From NCBI GenBank assembly GCA_025603075.1, contig MU626446.1, positions 1 through 37,321 of the forward strand: a stretch of DNA of 37,321 bases, given 5' to 3'. The position numbers and the translations under genes were made by a program. Source of the DNA: Neoconidiobolus thromboides FSU 785. Taxonomy: Eukaryota; Fungi; Entomophthoromycota. Each line of letters starts with the position of its first letter. Within the stretch, counting starts at the first letter, position 1. The notes beneath the pieces are model-generated. The model was not told the origin of the DNA. It was given only the letters and a program-made list of their open reading frames with translations, and made no database searches. This document shows, piece by piece, positions 9,291-21,644 of the stretch.

Positions 9291-11120
9291 ATGCAAACAG
9301 ACAATAAAAAAGGAGAATCTAAAAAATATGAACCAAAGGAATTAATCTTTCATCAAAATGTATTAAACCGAACCAAATATGAAAAATTAACAGCTTTATG
9401 GCAACAAAAACTATACCAGTTTCCCAAAGTAACCGAACAAATATTAACGGAATCGGTAATATTCCCATATTCCGATATCATTTCAATAAGCCATTAACAA
9501 TCCCATCAAATACTAACTTTTTTCTTTTAGTCCAAATACCTCACTCCCGCTGATTTTTTGGAAGTAATAATAGAACGCAATACAACCAATTATTGCGGTT
9601 ATCCATTATGTTCTAATGCACCTAAAGAACAATCAGAAAAAATCAAGATTTCTGGAAAGAAACTCAAGTTTTATGATACCACGCCACTGGTACCTTATTG
9701 TTCTAATATCTGTTATGGGGCGAATAAATATTTTGAAGCACAATTGATAAGTGAACCCATTTATATGAGAAATTTTAAAAAGTAAGTTGAAAGAAAAGAA
9801 GATTAAGGCTCTACTAAATAGATATTAATGCTTCTTTTTTTGTTTTAGATGGCCAATAATTGAAATCATTCCACTAGGTATTACCGTAAAAGAATATATG
9901 TAACTTAGTTATATAATTCAAATATAGAACACTCTTTAACTTAGTTTATTATTTAGAGCCAATAAAAATGTTAAGCCAACATTAATCTCGGACAATCGAT
10001 TTAAAAAAACATATATAAATAACATGTTAAATGGAATAAATTTCAATCTAAAATCAAATAATAAACCATTGGAGTTAAAGATAATTGATAAAGGAGAAAT
10101 CAATTTTAAAGATATTAAGTTTGAGGTTGGTAAAGAGGGGTTTGATGCTATTGAAGGTTATCAAGTGAAAGTAAAAGGAAAGGGGGATAATGATAAAGAC
10201 AACAAGTTATTGAGTTTAAAGAATAAGAAAGTGAAAGAGGAAAAAGAAGAGGAAAAAGAAAAGATAAAAGACAAAGTAAATTTGATTTTGTATTTTATAT
10301 ATTAATAGTTATATATTTTCTATAGATGGATAAAGAAAATAAGGTAAAATTAGAAATAAAACAAAAACAATCAAAGATCAATAGCATAAAGGCAGAGGAA
10401 GTAGATAACAAAAATAATGAAAATAATGAAAATAATGAAAATAATGAAGAAGAAGAAGAAGAAGAAGATGCCGATTGGTTTCTAGAACCCGAATATCCTA
10501 AAGAAAAACCTAAGTTGCGGCCATTTGGAAAAATTTATTTATTAATTGAAAGTTCAATAACTTCATTAAGTAAACAATATTTTGAAGATTTAAAATTAAG
10601 TGAAGAAAACAATATAACATTTGAATTTGATGAGAGTTATCCAACGAATGATGAAAATGTATTAATCAGGAGAGAGATATTGGCTAAAATGATGGTAGAA
10701 CAGTATGTGTTTTTTTTGTATTTTTTTATAAGGAATGAAAATTATGGGTTTCAAGAACGGTTTATTAATATAAACTTTTTTTAGATGGAAAAGAATTCAA
10801 ATTGAGTTTCAATTGAATTTAAATTTAATTCAAGATATATTATGTTGGATCAATACTCTAAATATATTTAGAAAAGAATATTCTTATTTAAATAATAAGG
10901 AAGCTTATTATTTAGCTTTAATTTTACTTTTAAAGTAAGTGGATTCTATTTGTTATGTTAATTATGATTTATTAACTGTATGTTTATTTTATATTTACTT
11001 AGATTTAAAAGAACATTAAAAAAATCATTAGCTTATATTAATGAGGATCATATAGCTGAAGTAGCACTTAAAACTGACTTTCATTTTCAAATGGTTGAGT
11101 ATTTGACTGGGTTTTTATAA
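9291..11120 (+). CDS. RTR1: RTR1/RPAP2-family RNA polymerase II CTD phosphatase/assembly factor, multi-exon
   Basis: Intron 9456-9530 gives YLTPADFLEVIIERNTTNYCGYPLC...YCSNICY, the Rtr1/RPAP2 zinc-finger domain. The middle is acidic and Asn-rich. The last exon reads FKRTLKKSL...YLTGFL* to 11120. Internal and 3' exon boundaries are approximate. Confidence 0.85.
10411..10468 (+). repeat. Coding low-complexity repeat (AATAATGAA)n followed by (GAA)n
   Basis: Encodes NNENNENNENNEEEEEEED within the RTR1 gene. Confidence 0.85.
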
Positions 11121-11201
11121 TATTTAAAATAACAATAAAGTAAAAAAATAAAACAATCCGATTTTTTTTAAACTAAAATTTTATTATTATATTATAATTA
11201 A

Positions 11202-13012
11202 TTATAATTCCATTTTGGTATTTGAATCCATGAATCTGTTTAATACTTCATCAGTAATTTCAGAACGACGCTAATAAAAAACAATGATCAATAAACTAGA
11301 ACTTATAACAAAAGCATACTTTGAAATTACCTTTTGAAAATTAGCAACAAATTCTTGAAGTAATCCAATTGTCTTTTGTTTTAATGCTCCGGTAGTTAAA
11401 GTACCTGCACGATATTGCTAATTTCATATAAAAAACAATTATTAAATTATTATTAAATACTTAAAAAAGCTCACCTTAGCAATAGATTCAAGTTCTTCAT
11501 CATCTTCTAAAAAGAAAGAAAGGTATTGATAAGAAACATCCACATCCGGATTACCACCATCTCTTTGATGATCTTCAATAGTAGCGCCTCCTCCAGAGAA
11601 AGCATATCTATTAATCTATTATATTATTAATATTAATACGTTAATTATCATTATTTAGTTACATTATACAATAAATCAACTTTACCTTATTTTTAATTCT
11701 ACTTGGTGTATCATTCATAAAAATAGCTGAATTATCATCCGAAGCACTCATTTTAGTATGTGGTCCCTAAATTAAATTAAATATGAAGTATTTTAATGAA
11801 AATATTTTAACTTACTTGAAGAGCTGGGAAAAATTTGGCATGAATTAAACTTGGTTTTGGATATTTTAACCGTTGAGCTACATCTCTAGTTAATCTGAAA
11901 TAAGGATCCTACAACAAATTAAATAAATAAACAATATCAATATAAATAATAATAATACAAGAATAAACTTACTTGATCAATAGCACAAGGAATTAAACAT
12001 GGGATATCAGATTTAGTACCAAAGATATGTGGAAAAGAATTGGAAAATGAAGGAGCTGCTTGAATTGATACAAAATGATATTTACCAACGCAATCACTAA
12101 TATTTATATATATTAATAAAATGATTAATAAATCAATAAAAACAATAAGCTTACGAATCAGTAAAACCGAAAGTAGCTTTTGATTGGTTATGAGTAATTA
12201 ATCTTGAGATTCTTAATACATTACGATAAAAGGCACCACTAAAAATGATATAAAATTTAGTTATTAAAATCAAATTAGAAAATTTACCCAACGTAATCAA
12301 TATTTGAAAAGATAAAGGTTTTGTCTGGATTAAACCCAACTGCAATAATATCTTTAGCATTTTCATATGAAAACTTATTACATTGTTCTAAAGTTAAATT
12401 AGTTTTAAATAAAAACTTTTCATCATCAGTTAATTGAATCACTATTGGCACATTGAATACTTCTTGTAACCATCTAAAATAAAAAATTATTATTATTATT
12501 ATATTAAAAAATATTTCTTTTTTTATTATTTTGCTTTTCTCTTACTTGCAAAAAACAAATGGCACCATATGACCTAAATGCATAGAATCTGAACTTGGAC
12601 CTCTACCAGTATATAAATAAAACGGTTTCTTTTTTTCAAATCTATCAAGGATTTTATCTAACTCCCTATAAAAATAAGCTATTTAACATCTTTTTTTATG
12701 GCTTTTCTTCTTCTTTACTAACCTATGAGAAAAAAATAAACCTCTTCTCAAAAATATATGAGGCTTATGACCAGTTAAAGTTTCAAATCTTTTTAATAAA
12801 TCTTCGGTAATTGACTTGGTACCAAATTGTTGAATTAATTTAGTATAATCAACAGCCTTTTTATTACCTTCTGAATCAACTTCACCTTCCACTTCCCATG
12901 GAGTAATTTTTTGTTCTACTGGAATTGAGTCACCTAAAATTCCAATATCTTGTAATTTAGAAGTCACGGCTCCAACCCCTGATTCGATGGCTTGTTTAAT
13001 ACTATCACTCAT
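11202..13012 (-). CDS. WRS1: Cytosolic tryptophanyl-tRNA synthetase, many short introns
   Basis: EQKITPWEV...[11 protein letters not shown]...[11 protein letters not shown], then spliced [19 protein letters not shown] (HIGH-like), [18 protein letters not shown] and AFSGGGA. Ends [22 protein letters not shown]. Confidence 0.97.
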
Positions 13013-13548
13013 TATTTATTTATTTTGTGATGAAAAGTAAATGAGTTCTTTGTTAGTCTTTTTATACCTTTTTTTTGCTCTGTCTTTTGCAAAGTTCGAA
13101 TAAAAATTCGCAGTTTTATGCAAAGTTAAAAAACCAAGGTTAATGAGTGAGGTGACTCATGGATTAGAAATTCAAATTAATACTTTTCTTATTTATGTAG
13201 TAAATCTATTAGTGGTTGATAATATATTTAATATAAGCTTTTATACTATTATGTTATTATTGACATTATATTATTAATACTATTTTATTATAGGATAATA
13301 GATTTTTCCATATTCTTTAAATCCTATATTAAACAAAGAGTTAATTTCATTAATAAAAATAACTCTGTTTAAACTTTAAACCGTTTTTACATATCTATTA
13401 TGGCTATTTCTATTTTCAATATTAACAATAAACTTACTTAACAATTCATTTTGAATATTGAATTTTTTTAAATTTTAATTACCAAAAAAACATCTCTGTT
13501 TATTAAAAAAAGTACTTTAATTTTAATTCTATAACATCTATCTCATTT

Positions 13549-14724
13549 CTACTGCTCTTGTACCTCCTCGAACTCTTCCGTTCCCATAAACTCATCCTCT
13601 TTAACTTTTTCTAACACAGAAAGATAAATTGGACCCCAACCAAAGGATTGATGAGGTAAACATAGCCAACCAAATTCTGTTTTTTTACCCCATTTCTCCA
13701 ACCCTTTATCATCTGGTAGAAATTCTATCACTTTAAATAATCCAGGTCTTCTATCAAGGAAACTTTTAATTATCAAATCGTTTTCCATATCAGATAACGA
13801 ACAAGTAGCATACACAATTCTACCATTTAATTTTATCATTTGAGCAGCAGACAACAATAATTTTAATTGAGTATGGGAATTATTCAAACTTATTTTACTA
13901 TCAAATGTTTTTAATTGTTCTAAATGTACTAAATGCCTTTCTGAAGAGCAAGGTGCATCAATTAATATTTTGTCATACTTTTCTTTAAATAAACCATATA
14001 ATGTACCATCATAGTTAGTTAATTTTAACATTGGTTTTAATTCCTCTTCCATCCCATTATTAGGTGGTAACTGGATCACTTGTTTACCAAAATAACTTAA
14101 CATCACTTGACGTAATCGATCATATCGACTTCGGTTCATTTCGTTACAATGTAATCGTCCTGTACGTTTTATATATTCACCTTCTTTTGCTTCTGTAAAT
14201 TGAGGTTCAAATAATAGTTGACCAATTAACATTCCTTTACCTCCAGGTGCTGAGCATAGATCCAATACATTATCACTAGGTTTTAAGTCTAAAGCAATTA
14301 TAGGAAGTAAGGAAGCAGCATCTAAACAATAATGAGAAAGTAGACCTTCGTCATTAAACACTTGAGGTGGGGGGAAAGCTAAATTTTCTTCGGAATCTAC
14401 ATCTACACCTTTGAGTTTTAGTTGTTGAGGACCTAATAAATGATCCCAATAATTTGAAACCCAATTATCTTTATGATAAAATTTTAAAAGTTCACTATCT
14501 TTGTTGAAAGTTTCAAGTTTTGATTGAGAGGATTCCAAAAGTTTTGATTCAAGGGATTTTAATTCTTTATATACTTCACTATCTTTAGCGAGAAAATTGT
14601 AAATCATCACATGTCGTGTGGGTCGTTTTAAACATTTTAATAAATCTTTCCAGGAGGAACCATAAATATTAGTATAATATTCTTTGAATCCATCTGAGCC
14701 CTTAGTCGCTTTTTTTTGGCTCAT
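13549..14724 (-). CDS. NOL1/NOP2/Sun (RsmB/F) RNA m5C methyltransferase, NSUN3/NSUN4-like, intronless
   Basis: LDAASLLPIIAL, VLDLCSAPGGK (SAM binding), YDKILIDAPCSSER (motif IV Cys) and IVYATCSL (motif VI Cys). The N-terminal FKEYYTNIYGSSW resembles NSUN3/4. Confidence 0.9.
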   Translation of the reverse strand: MSQKKATKGSDGFKEYYTNIYGSSWKDLLKCLKRPTRHVMIYNFLAKDSEVYKELKSLESKLLESSQSKLETFNKDSELLKFYHKDNWVSNYWDHLLGPQQLKLKGVDVDSEENLAFPPPQVFNDEGLLSHYCLDAASLLPIIALDLKPSDNVLDLCSAPGGKGMLIGQLLFEPQFTEAKEGEYIKRTGRLHCNEMNRSRYDRLRQVMLSYFGKQVIQLPPNNGMEEELKPMLKLTNYDGTLYGLFKEKYDKILIDAPCSSERHLVHLEQLKTFDSKISLNNSHTQLKLLLSAAQMIKLNGRIVYATCSLSDMENDLIIKSFLDRRPGLFKVIEFLPDDKGLEKWGKKTEFGWLCLPHQSFGWGPIYLSVLEKVKEDEFMGTEEFEEVQEQ

Positions 14725-15108
14725 TTTTTTGTTAAAAGAAAGGTTAAAAAATTTTAAATTGAAACTATACTTTTGAATGAAGTTTTTTTGATGGCATTAA
14801 TTTTCAAATTCATGAAAAATAAGTTGATACAAAATCAAAGCCCGAAATTTTGATTTAAAATAAAACTGGATTGAAAATATCAACAAAGCCCCTTTTCTTT
14901 CACTACGTCATCTCAATAAAAAAAGAATCGACCCTTAACATAGAATTAGTTATCCCTTGTAAGGCCTATACCCATAATTTTGAATACTAATTTAACCTTA
15001 ATTTTTCTTTTATATTCCAAATAGTAATTCGATTTACATAGCAACTTTTTCATTCAATATTACCTTCAAGTTTATACAATTAGGACTATTATCTATACCC
15101 ATCTCAAT

Positions 15109-16666
15109 ATGTTACAAAAAGTAGTAGATTACTACAATCGATATAAGCGACCCATCTTAATTATTAGTGGTGTTGTTTCCTTTGCTTACTTTGCTTCTAG
15201 CTATACTAAAGATAAAATAACTCAGTTTCAAATGGATCAAGTGAAATCGAGGAAAGCTAAAGAAAAGTAAGTTTACAACCTAAAACAATATATGCTAAAT
15301 TGATGAATTTATTTACTTATTTATTTTATAGTTTAAAAAAGAGATTTGAAAAAAATTTAATTGATACTAATGAAGTGATTAAATCTTTATTGGGGTTACT
15401 TAAAACCAATTTGTTTAAAGATTATCCAGTAGAAGATTTGGTCCAGCAGATAACAGAGCTAAAGAACACTACAACTGATAAAACAGAATTAAAACAATTA
15501 AAATTAAAACTATGGGAACAAGTCAAGATAATGAGTATGTATACTTTGTAATTAACTATGTAATAATTATTAAAATTAAACTTTTTATTAGGCTTCACCC
15601 GTACTCTTGGCTCTTTATACTTAATTAATTTTTTGAGTTTACTGACTTATATACAAATGAATTTAGTTGGTCGACTAATTTATATTGAATCGATTATAGG
15701 CGCCCATCCTAACTTGGAAGCATTAAATAGAGACTCCACTAGTACACCCGCTAAAATGTCCTATGAAAACGAAAAATTATTTTTATCTTTTACTTGGTGG
15801 TTTATTAACCGTGGATATCAAAGTGTTATGGAAACAATTCATAATGTAGTCAAAAATGAAATGGAAAGGTAAATGAGAATATCTGTTTATTAATGGAAAA
15901 AGGAAATTTATTTTTTTGTTTTTTTAGTATTGCTTTATCAAAAAAATTTAATTATACTGAATTGTTGGAATTAACAATGAAATTAAGATTGAATATTGAT
16001 GACGCTTTATTTATGTCTAATGATAGGTAAGCAACTATTAAAAATATTATTATGTATATTGATACTATTGTTGATTTTACTTAGCATATTAAATGCTATG
16101 TTGCCTTACAATTATGAATCGGAATTTGAAGTATTACAAGCAAATGGACATAGTTTACCTATTACTATGGGAACTAACGAACAAAATATTAAACAATATA
16201 TTGATACAGTAGTTGACCATGATTTAAGAAGTTTACTAAATGAGACTAAAGATTTCATTGAAAGGTAGACATATCTCATTATCAAAATATAAAGTCTTAG
16301 TACTAACAATTGTTTTTTATATAGCAATGATTTCAAATTAGTCTTTAATAAAATTTTGGATTTATTTATGGAACCTTTATTAATTGAGTTAAAACAAACA
16401 TTATTCGAATCTAAGGATTCTGAATCAACTCCGAGAGCTATTAACTTAGCTAGAATTATACCTACTTTATCAAGTATCCCAGAAGAAGTATTTAATACGA
16501 ATGATAATAAGTATATTGATGTAAGTATTTTTTAATATTTTCAAATAATGGATTTTTATTTTTATTTTTATTTTTATTTTTATTTTTATTTTAGACGGCT
16601 TCTGAATGCTCTGAGTTACATGCTTTTGCCGCAGTCATCTATTCTTCATTTGAATTCTTGAGTTAA
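15109..16666 (+). CDS. PEX3: Peroxisomal membrane biogenesis factor Pex3, multi-exon
   Basis: ATG at 15109 gives a basic plus hydrophobic N-terminal anchor (YNRYKRPILIISGVVSFAYFAS). Spliced segments read ENLKKRFEKN, KLKLWEQVKIMSFTRTLGSLY and FLSFTWWFINRG; the last exon is ELHAFAAVIYSSFEFLS*. Confidence 0.92.
16553..16592 (+). repeat. (TTTTTA)n microsatellite in the last PEX3 intron
   Basis: Tandem hexamers directly visible before the TTTTAG acceptor. Confidence 0.85.
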
Positions 16667-17011
16667 GCAGGTTTTGTTAAATATATTGTGTGTTTGCTTA
16701 ACAGTTGTTAAATTGTTATAGAACTGTCTTTAAAATTTCTTGTATTTTCTTTTAAAAAATTGAGCTATTATTGCTATTGATAAATATACTGTCATTGTAT
16801 GCCTTTATAAAATTTATTTTTAAGTTTGTTTAATTATATAAAAATGTCTCAATTGGTTTCAGAATTTAGTTAAAAGTTAATTCAAATTAAGTTTTAAATT
16901 TGTAAGTCCTTAATGGTACGATTAGTCAAACTCAAAAAGCTTAAAATTAAATAAAGAAATTTGACTTAAAAAACTTATTTTGATTATTTTTTTCCAATTA
17001 TTTTTTTAATC

Positions 17012-17116
17012 ATATGGGGATGTATTTGTGTTTAAGAATTTTACCAACAATTTTTCCACTTAAATAGTGCTTAAAAAATGGAAAAAATAATGAAGTCAAA
17101 AAACACACACCTAGAT
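17012..17116 (-). mobile_element. ~105-bp dispersed repeat, copy D (inverted)
   Basis: The plus strand ATATGGGGATGTATTTGTG...TTCCACTTAAATAGTGCTTAAAAAATGG...CAAAAAACACACACC is the reverse complement of copies A-C. Confidence 0.8.
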
Positions 17117-17973
17117 ATTAACTAATTAATTTTAAAATTTAAGATTATTATCTATGAGTATAATAAAGTTACAAAGTCCATAAAAAATTAAAAAAGCAGA
17201 AAACTAATCCCAGTTTATTTTATAAAAATAACAAAAGTTCCAAAGTTCCAACATTTATTAAGCAAGTAGATACTTTATTAAATAATAGAAATAGACTATT
17301 AGATGTTATATTATTTAAGTCATTAGTAGTTGAGTTGATAGATAGTCAAAAAGTAAACAGTTATAATAAGTAAAAACTATTGTTATATTGCTTGTATTAT
17401 ATAAAGAGGGTCAATTATAGTTTTGGGACTAACCACTCCTTTCTGTACAGTTATTCATTAACTTAATAATCTATCAATAATCTAATTATAACATTAAAAT
17501 TATTTATCTATTTGATAGCAAATCTTTAATATTGGTTATAAAGCAGCCATTGGTAGATATTTTAACAAAGTTTTATAGTAAGATGTATTTGTTTTCATAC
17601 TATAACTTTAATTAATATCAATATATATACTATATTAGTAAAAGCCTTGCTAATCCAGGAATTTCCATTGAATTCAACAAAAATGAAACTAACTTACAAT
17701 GTAAACTATAATGAGACAATTTAAACTGTATTAGATACTTTTGCTTTTTAATAGAATTTATAAAATTTTAAGCAGTTTTTAAATCACAAAATTTTTAAAA
17801 ATTGGCTAAAAAATGAAACTAATTTGTACATCTCTCATATATCAATATTTTTTTATTTTCTTAATAAAGTAAATACTTCTTGACTTAGTACATCATTAAC
17901 CAATAAGCATATCTCAATTTTCTAAATATCAGTTTTTATAAAAAAATTAATTTCATCTTTTTATTAACCTAAA

Positions 17974-19648
17974 ATGAGTTCCACACAAAAAAGCAAAACA
18001 ACAGTCGAAAAAATTATTGTAGATGATGTAGATGATGAAGATAAAGAAAAAGGAAGCAAAGGGTTTTCATGGGAAGAAACATTTAAACGTTCTTGGGAAG
18101 AAGTACAAGAAGATGAAAAAGGTTCTTTACAAAATTTGATTCAAAATTTAGCTATTCAGTTGAAAAAGAGGAGGTAAGTGAATTAATACTATTATTAGTT
18201 TAAAATGAAATGAGATAATATAATAAAAAAATTAAAACAAAAAAAAATAAAGAAAACTAATGTTTGAAATTTATTTAGACAAAAGCGTGATACTGCTATT
18301 GTACAAAGGGGCATTATCCGACATATGATATTAATAGTTGATTTATCATTAGCAATGAATGATAAAGATTTGAGGCCTAGCCGATTACTTTTAACATTAG
18401 CTTTTTTAGAAAGTTTTATAACAGAATATTTTGATCAGAATCCGATTTCACAATTAGGTATAATAGTTACTCGAAATGGATTAGCTGAAAAGATATCCGA
18501 ATTAAGTGGTAATATCCTAAAGATAAATATCAAATAAATAGATTTTCCTTATATATTAGGAAATCCAATGGAACATATAAAAGCAATCAAAATGAAATCT
18601 AATCATGAAACGGGGGGTGAACCTTCATTGCAAAATTCTTTAGAATTAGCAAAAAGTTCTTTGATGTAAGTCAATATTAACTGATTAAATCAATGTTGAG
18701 CATTAACATTGTTTCTTTTTTTTATCAATAGACATATACCTTCCCATGCCTCAAGAGAAGTATTATCTGTATTTGGTTCACTAACTTCATGTGATCCAGG
18801 AAACATTTTCACTACTATTAAAGAAATGAAACAATTGAACATACGCTGTTCAACTATTGGTTTATCAGCTCAGGTAGCGGTATTTCAAAAATTAGCAAAT
18901 GAAACTATGGGTATGAGAATAATTGAATTATTTGTTTATTTATTATAATCTAAGTTGTATTTAAATTAAGTTAAATTAATAATTAGGAACGTATAATGTA
19001 GTATTTAATGAAAATCATTTTAAAGATATCTTATTTGATATGACACCACCACCTATTGTTGCAATGGAAAATAAATCTGAAACTAGTTTAATATTAATGG
19101 GATTCCCAGAAAGAATAAAAGAATCGGATATCTCACTTTGCTGTTGGTAAGTAACATTTATTGTATTGACGAAAAGAGTTGTTTATTTATTCTATTTTTA
19201 TTTAATTAGTCACAATGAAATTAAAGCTTCTGGCTTTCGTTGTCCTCAATGTCAAGCTAAAGTTTGTGAGATACCTACAGAGTGTAATGTATGTGGATTA
19301 ACATTAATTTCTTCACCTCATTTAGCAAGATCATACCATCATTTATTTCCGATTGATAACTTTATTGAGCTAAAAGAAGAAGAGTAACTGTTTTATGTTT
19401 TAAATGACAATAATATATTAAATTTAATTAGATTTAAACAATCAAATTGCTCTGGATGTTTTAAAAGATTTGAAAAAAAAATTAATGAAAAAGAAAAAGA
19501 GAATAATAACAATACTAATAATATTAAGTTAAGTAAACTTAATAATGAACATTACCAATGTCCTAAATGTCAATTTGAGTTTTGTATTGATTGTGATATT
19601 TTTATCCATGATAATTTACACAATTGCCCAGGTTGTTCTATGGTTTAA
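17974..19648 (+). CDS. SSL1: TFIIH subunit Ssl1/p44 (GTF2H2), multi-exon
   Basis: [21 protein letters not shown], the vWA start [38 protein letters not shown], the C4 zinc finger [37 protein letters not shown] and the C-terminal CPKC...[16 protein letters not shown]. Confidence 0.97.
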
Positions 19649-19715
19649 GTTAAAAAAATAAAGAATAAAAAATAATAATAAAATAAAAGTGAGTTTTTAT
19701 TTTATATTACATTAT

Positions 19716-21185
19716 TTATAATAAATAAAATTCTCGAATCTTATGAATATTATTTAAGCCAAATTCTGCATCTTCCCAGCCTAATTTTGGTTGTATCCAA
19801 GATTGTAGTAAATCTACTTTTGTTATAATGGATTTAAAATAAATACTCTCTTTATCTAATAATTTAATATGATTTAAATAGATTTTAATAATAATTAAAG
19901 GTAAAGTAATAGAAAAAGGAGATCTGATATTCTTCTCTTTTTCTTCTTTATCTTGAATCATTAAATTAATAAACGTTTGAATTTTATCATAGTTTTTATC
20001 TGCAATTTGTAATAACAAATATTTCTTTTCCTCTGTTAATTCTATTGTTGATTCACAAAATCCAATTGTTGGCCAAGTCAATAATAATATTGATAACTCA
20101 TAAATTGTTATTGTATCATATTGAATTAATTGTTCGGAAGTTAAATTACCTTGTTTCCAAGCCAAAAAGAAAGGATACCATTCTATAATGGGAATAGGTT
20201 GAATAGTATGAAACCAAGTATACACTTGTTGTTGTAATTTAAAATATTGGGTTTTTACTTCATTTGCATTATTATTATTATTATCTGTCAGTATCAATTT
20301 CAACTCTTTACAAGCTTCTTCATAAGCAAAACTTAAAATATTCATTAACGGCTTTGGACATAAACAAATCTCATGTAAATTATTCATATGCGTTTCAATC
20401 TCTTGTCTTTTTTTATCATCAATCAAATTATGATAAGTTTCCATCAACTGTAGTGTTTTGAATACTTCTCGCATTAATAATACATTATTGAATAATAAAG
20501 CAAAATACTTCATATTTATAATTAATACTTTAAAACAAGCTATTACATCTGGATTATAAGTCAAAATATTTTGAATACCTATGGTATGACTTAATCTAAA
20601 ATAAATATATTAAAACTAAAAGTTTGATTGTTCTAATTATAATTTTCATACCTAAAAGCATATTCTAATAATACATTAACAAATTCCTATAAAATAAAAC
20701 ATAAATTTACCAGCCAACAACATGGAACTTGTATCACAGTACCGAATCATTTCCAGTAATGATAATAACATAAATGCTTTAAATGTATCAATTCTACTAC
20801 TCAACCCACTATTTCTATCTAATATTAAACTTAACTGATAAGCGGTTTGTAGTTTGGCTTTAGTTATAAAATATTCTTCTAATAATTGAATTTTATAACC
20901 CATAGAATTAGTAGTATACCGTGCAGCTAAAGCAAGAACTGTAAAGGGGAGTAAGCTGGGTTGATGAAGTAATTGAGGTACTTGGGATAAAGTGATGAAT
21001 AAATGTGTTTTATCAGCTAGGTTAAAATAATCATTTAATAAATTAGTAATTAGTTGTTGTTCTCTTAATTTTTTGTTAAAAGTTTGCGTTTTTAATATTT
21101 GAAAAGGTTGTAATTTCAATTTTAAATTAGCCAAGATAAGTTCTTGCTCGTTGGGCTTTTCTTTTGTGAAATTATTGTTGGACAT
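19716..21185 (-). CDS. Fungal-specific transcription-factor (middle homology region)-like protein, no Zn2Cys6 cluster seen; 3 exons
   Basis: Exons 21185-20711, 20664-20652 and 20595-19716 join in frame. The helical pattern LLTNYFN..FTVLALAARY..DTFKAFMLLSLLE..AFRLSHTIGI resembles Fungal_trans domains. Family assignment is by eye. Confidence 0.55.
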
Positions 21186-21644
21186 GGTATACTTTAAAAT
21201 ACTGGATTAATTTATTATAAGATTAAGCAGGCTAAGTTAAAAAGTTGTAAAAACAAATAGGTTAAATTTTTAGTTTTACATTAATAAAATTTAGTTTAAA
21301 CTTTCTATTTTTAGGAAGATTTATTATAAATATATCAAAAACAATCATTTATGATATTAGTAATTCAATAGATTGTTAAAGTATTACTAATAAGTGTTGT
21401 TTAAGATAAGTCAAGAGTTAAAAGATAGTTAATGAGCTAAACTAAAGCAATAATAGCAGGTAAGCTTCAACACACAAATTGAAAATAATAAAAGCTATAA
21501 TACGAAACCCTTGTCAATAGCAACGATATAATAAAAATATTATTACCATGAACTCATAACGTTCATACAGTCCCAATTTGTTTATTTATATTACATATTA
21601 ACTTTATTATCATTAAAAAAAATTAAATATTCCCTTTCACTTAT

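Noticed and set aside
12595-12810. Plus-strand ORF over WRS1
   Set aside because: Antisense shadow spanning a WRS1 intron; no independent signal.
16112-16336. Minus-strand ORF over PEX3
   Set aside because: Antisense to PEX3 exons.
20264-20461. Plus-strand ORF over the TF-like gene
   Set aside because: Antisense shadow starting in an (ATT)n run.
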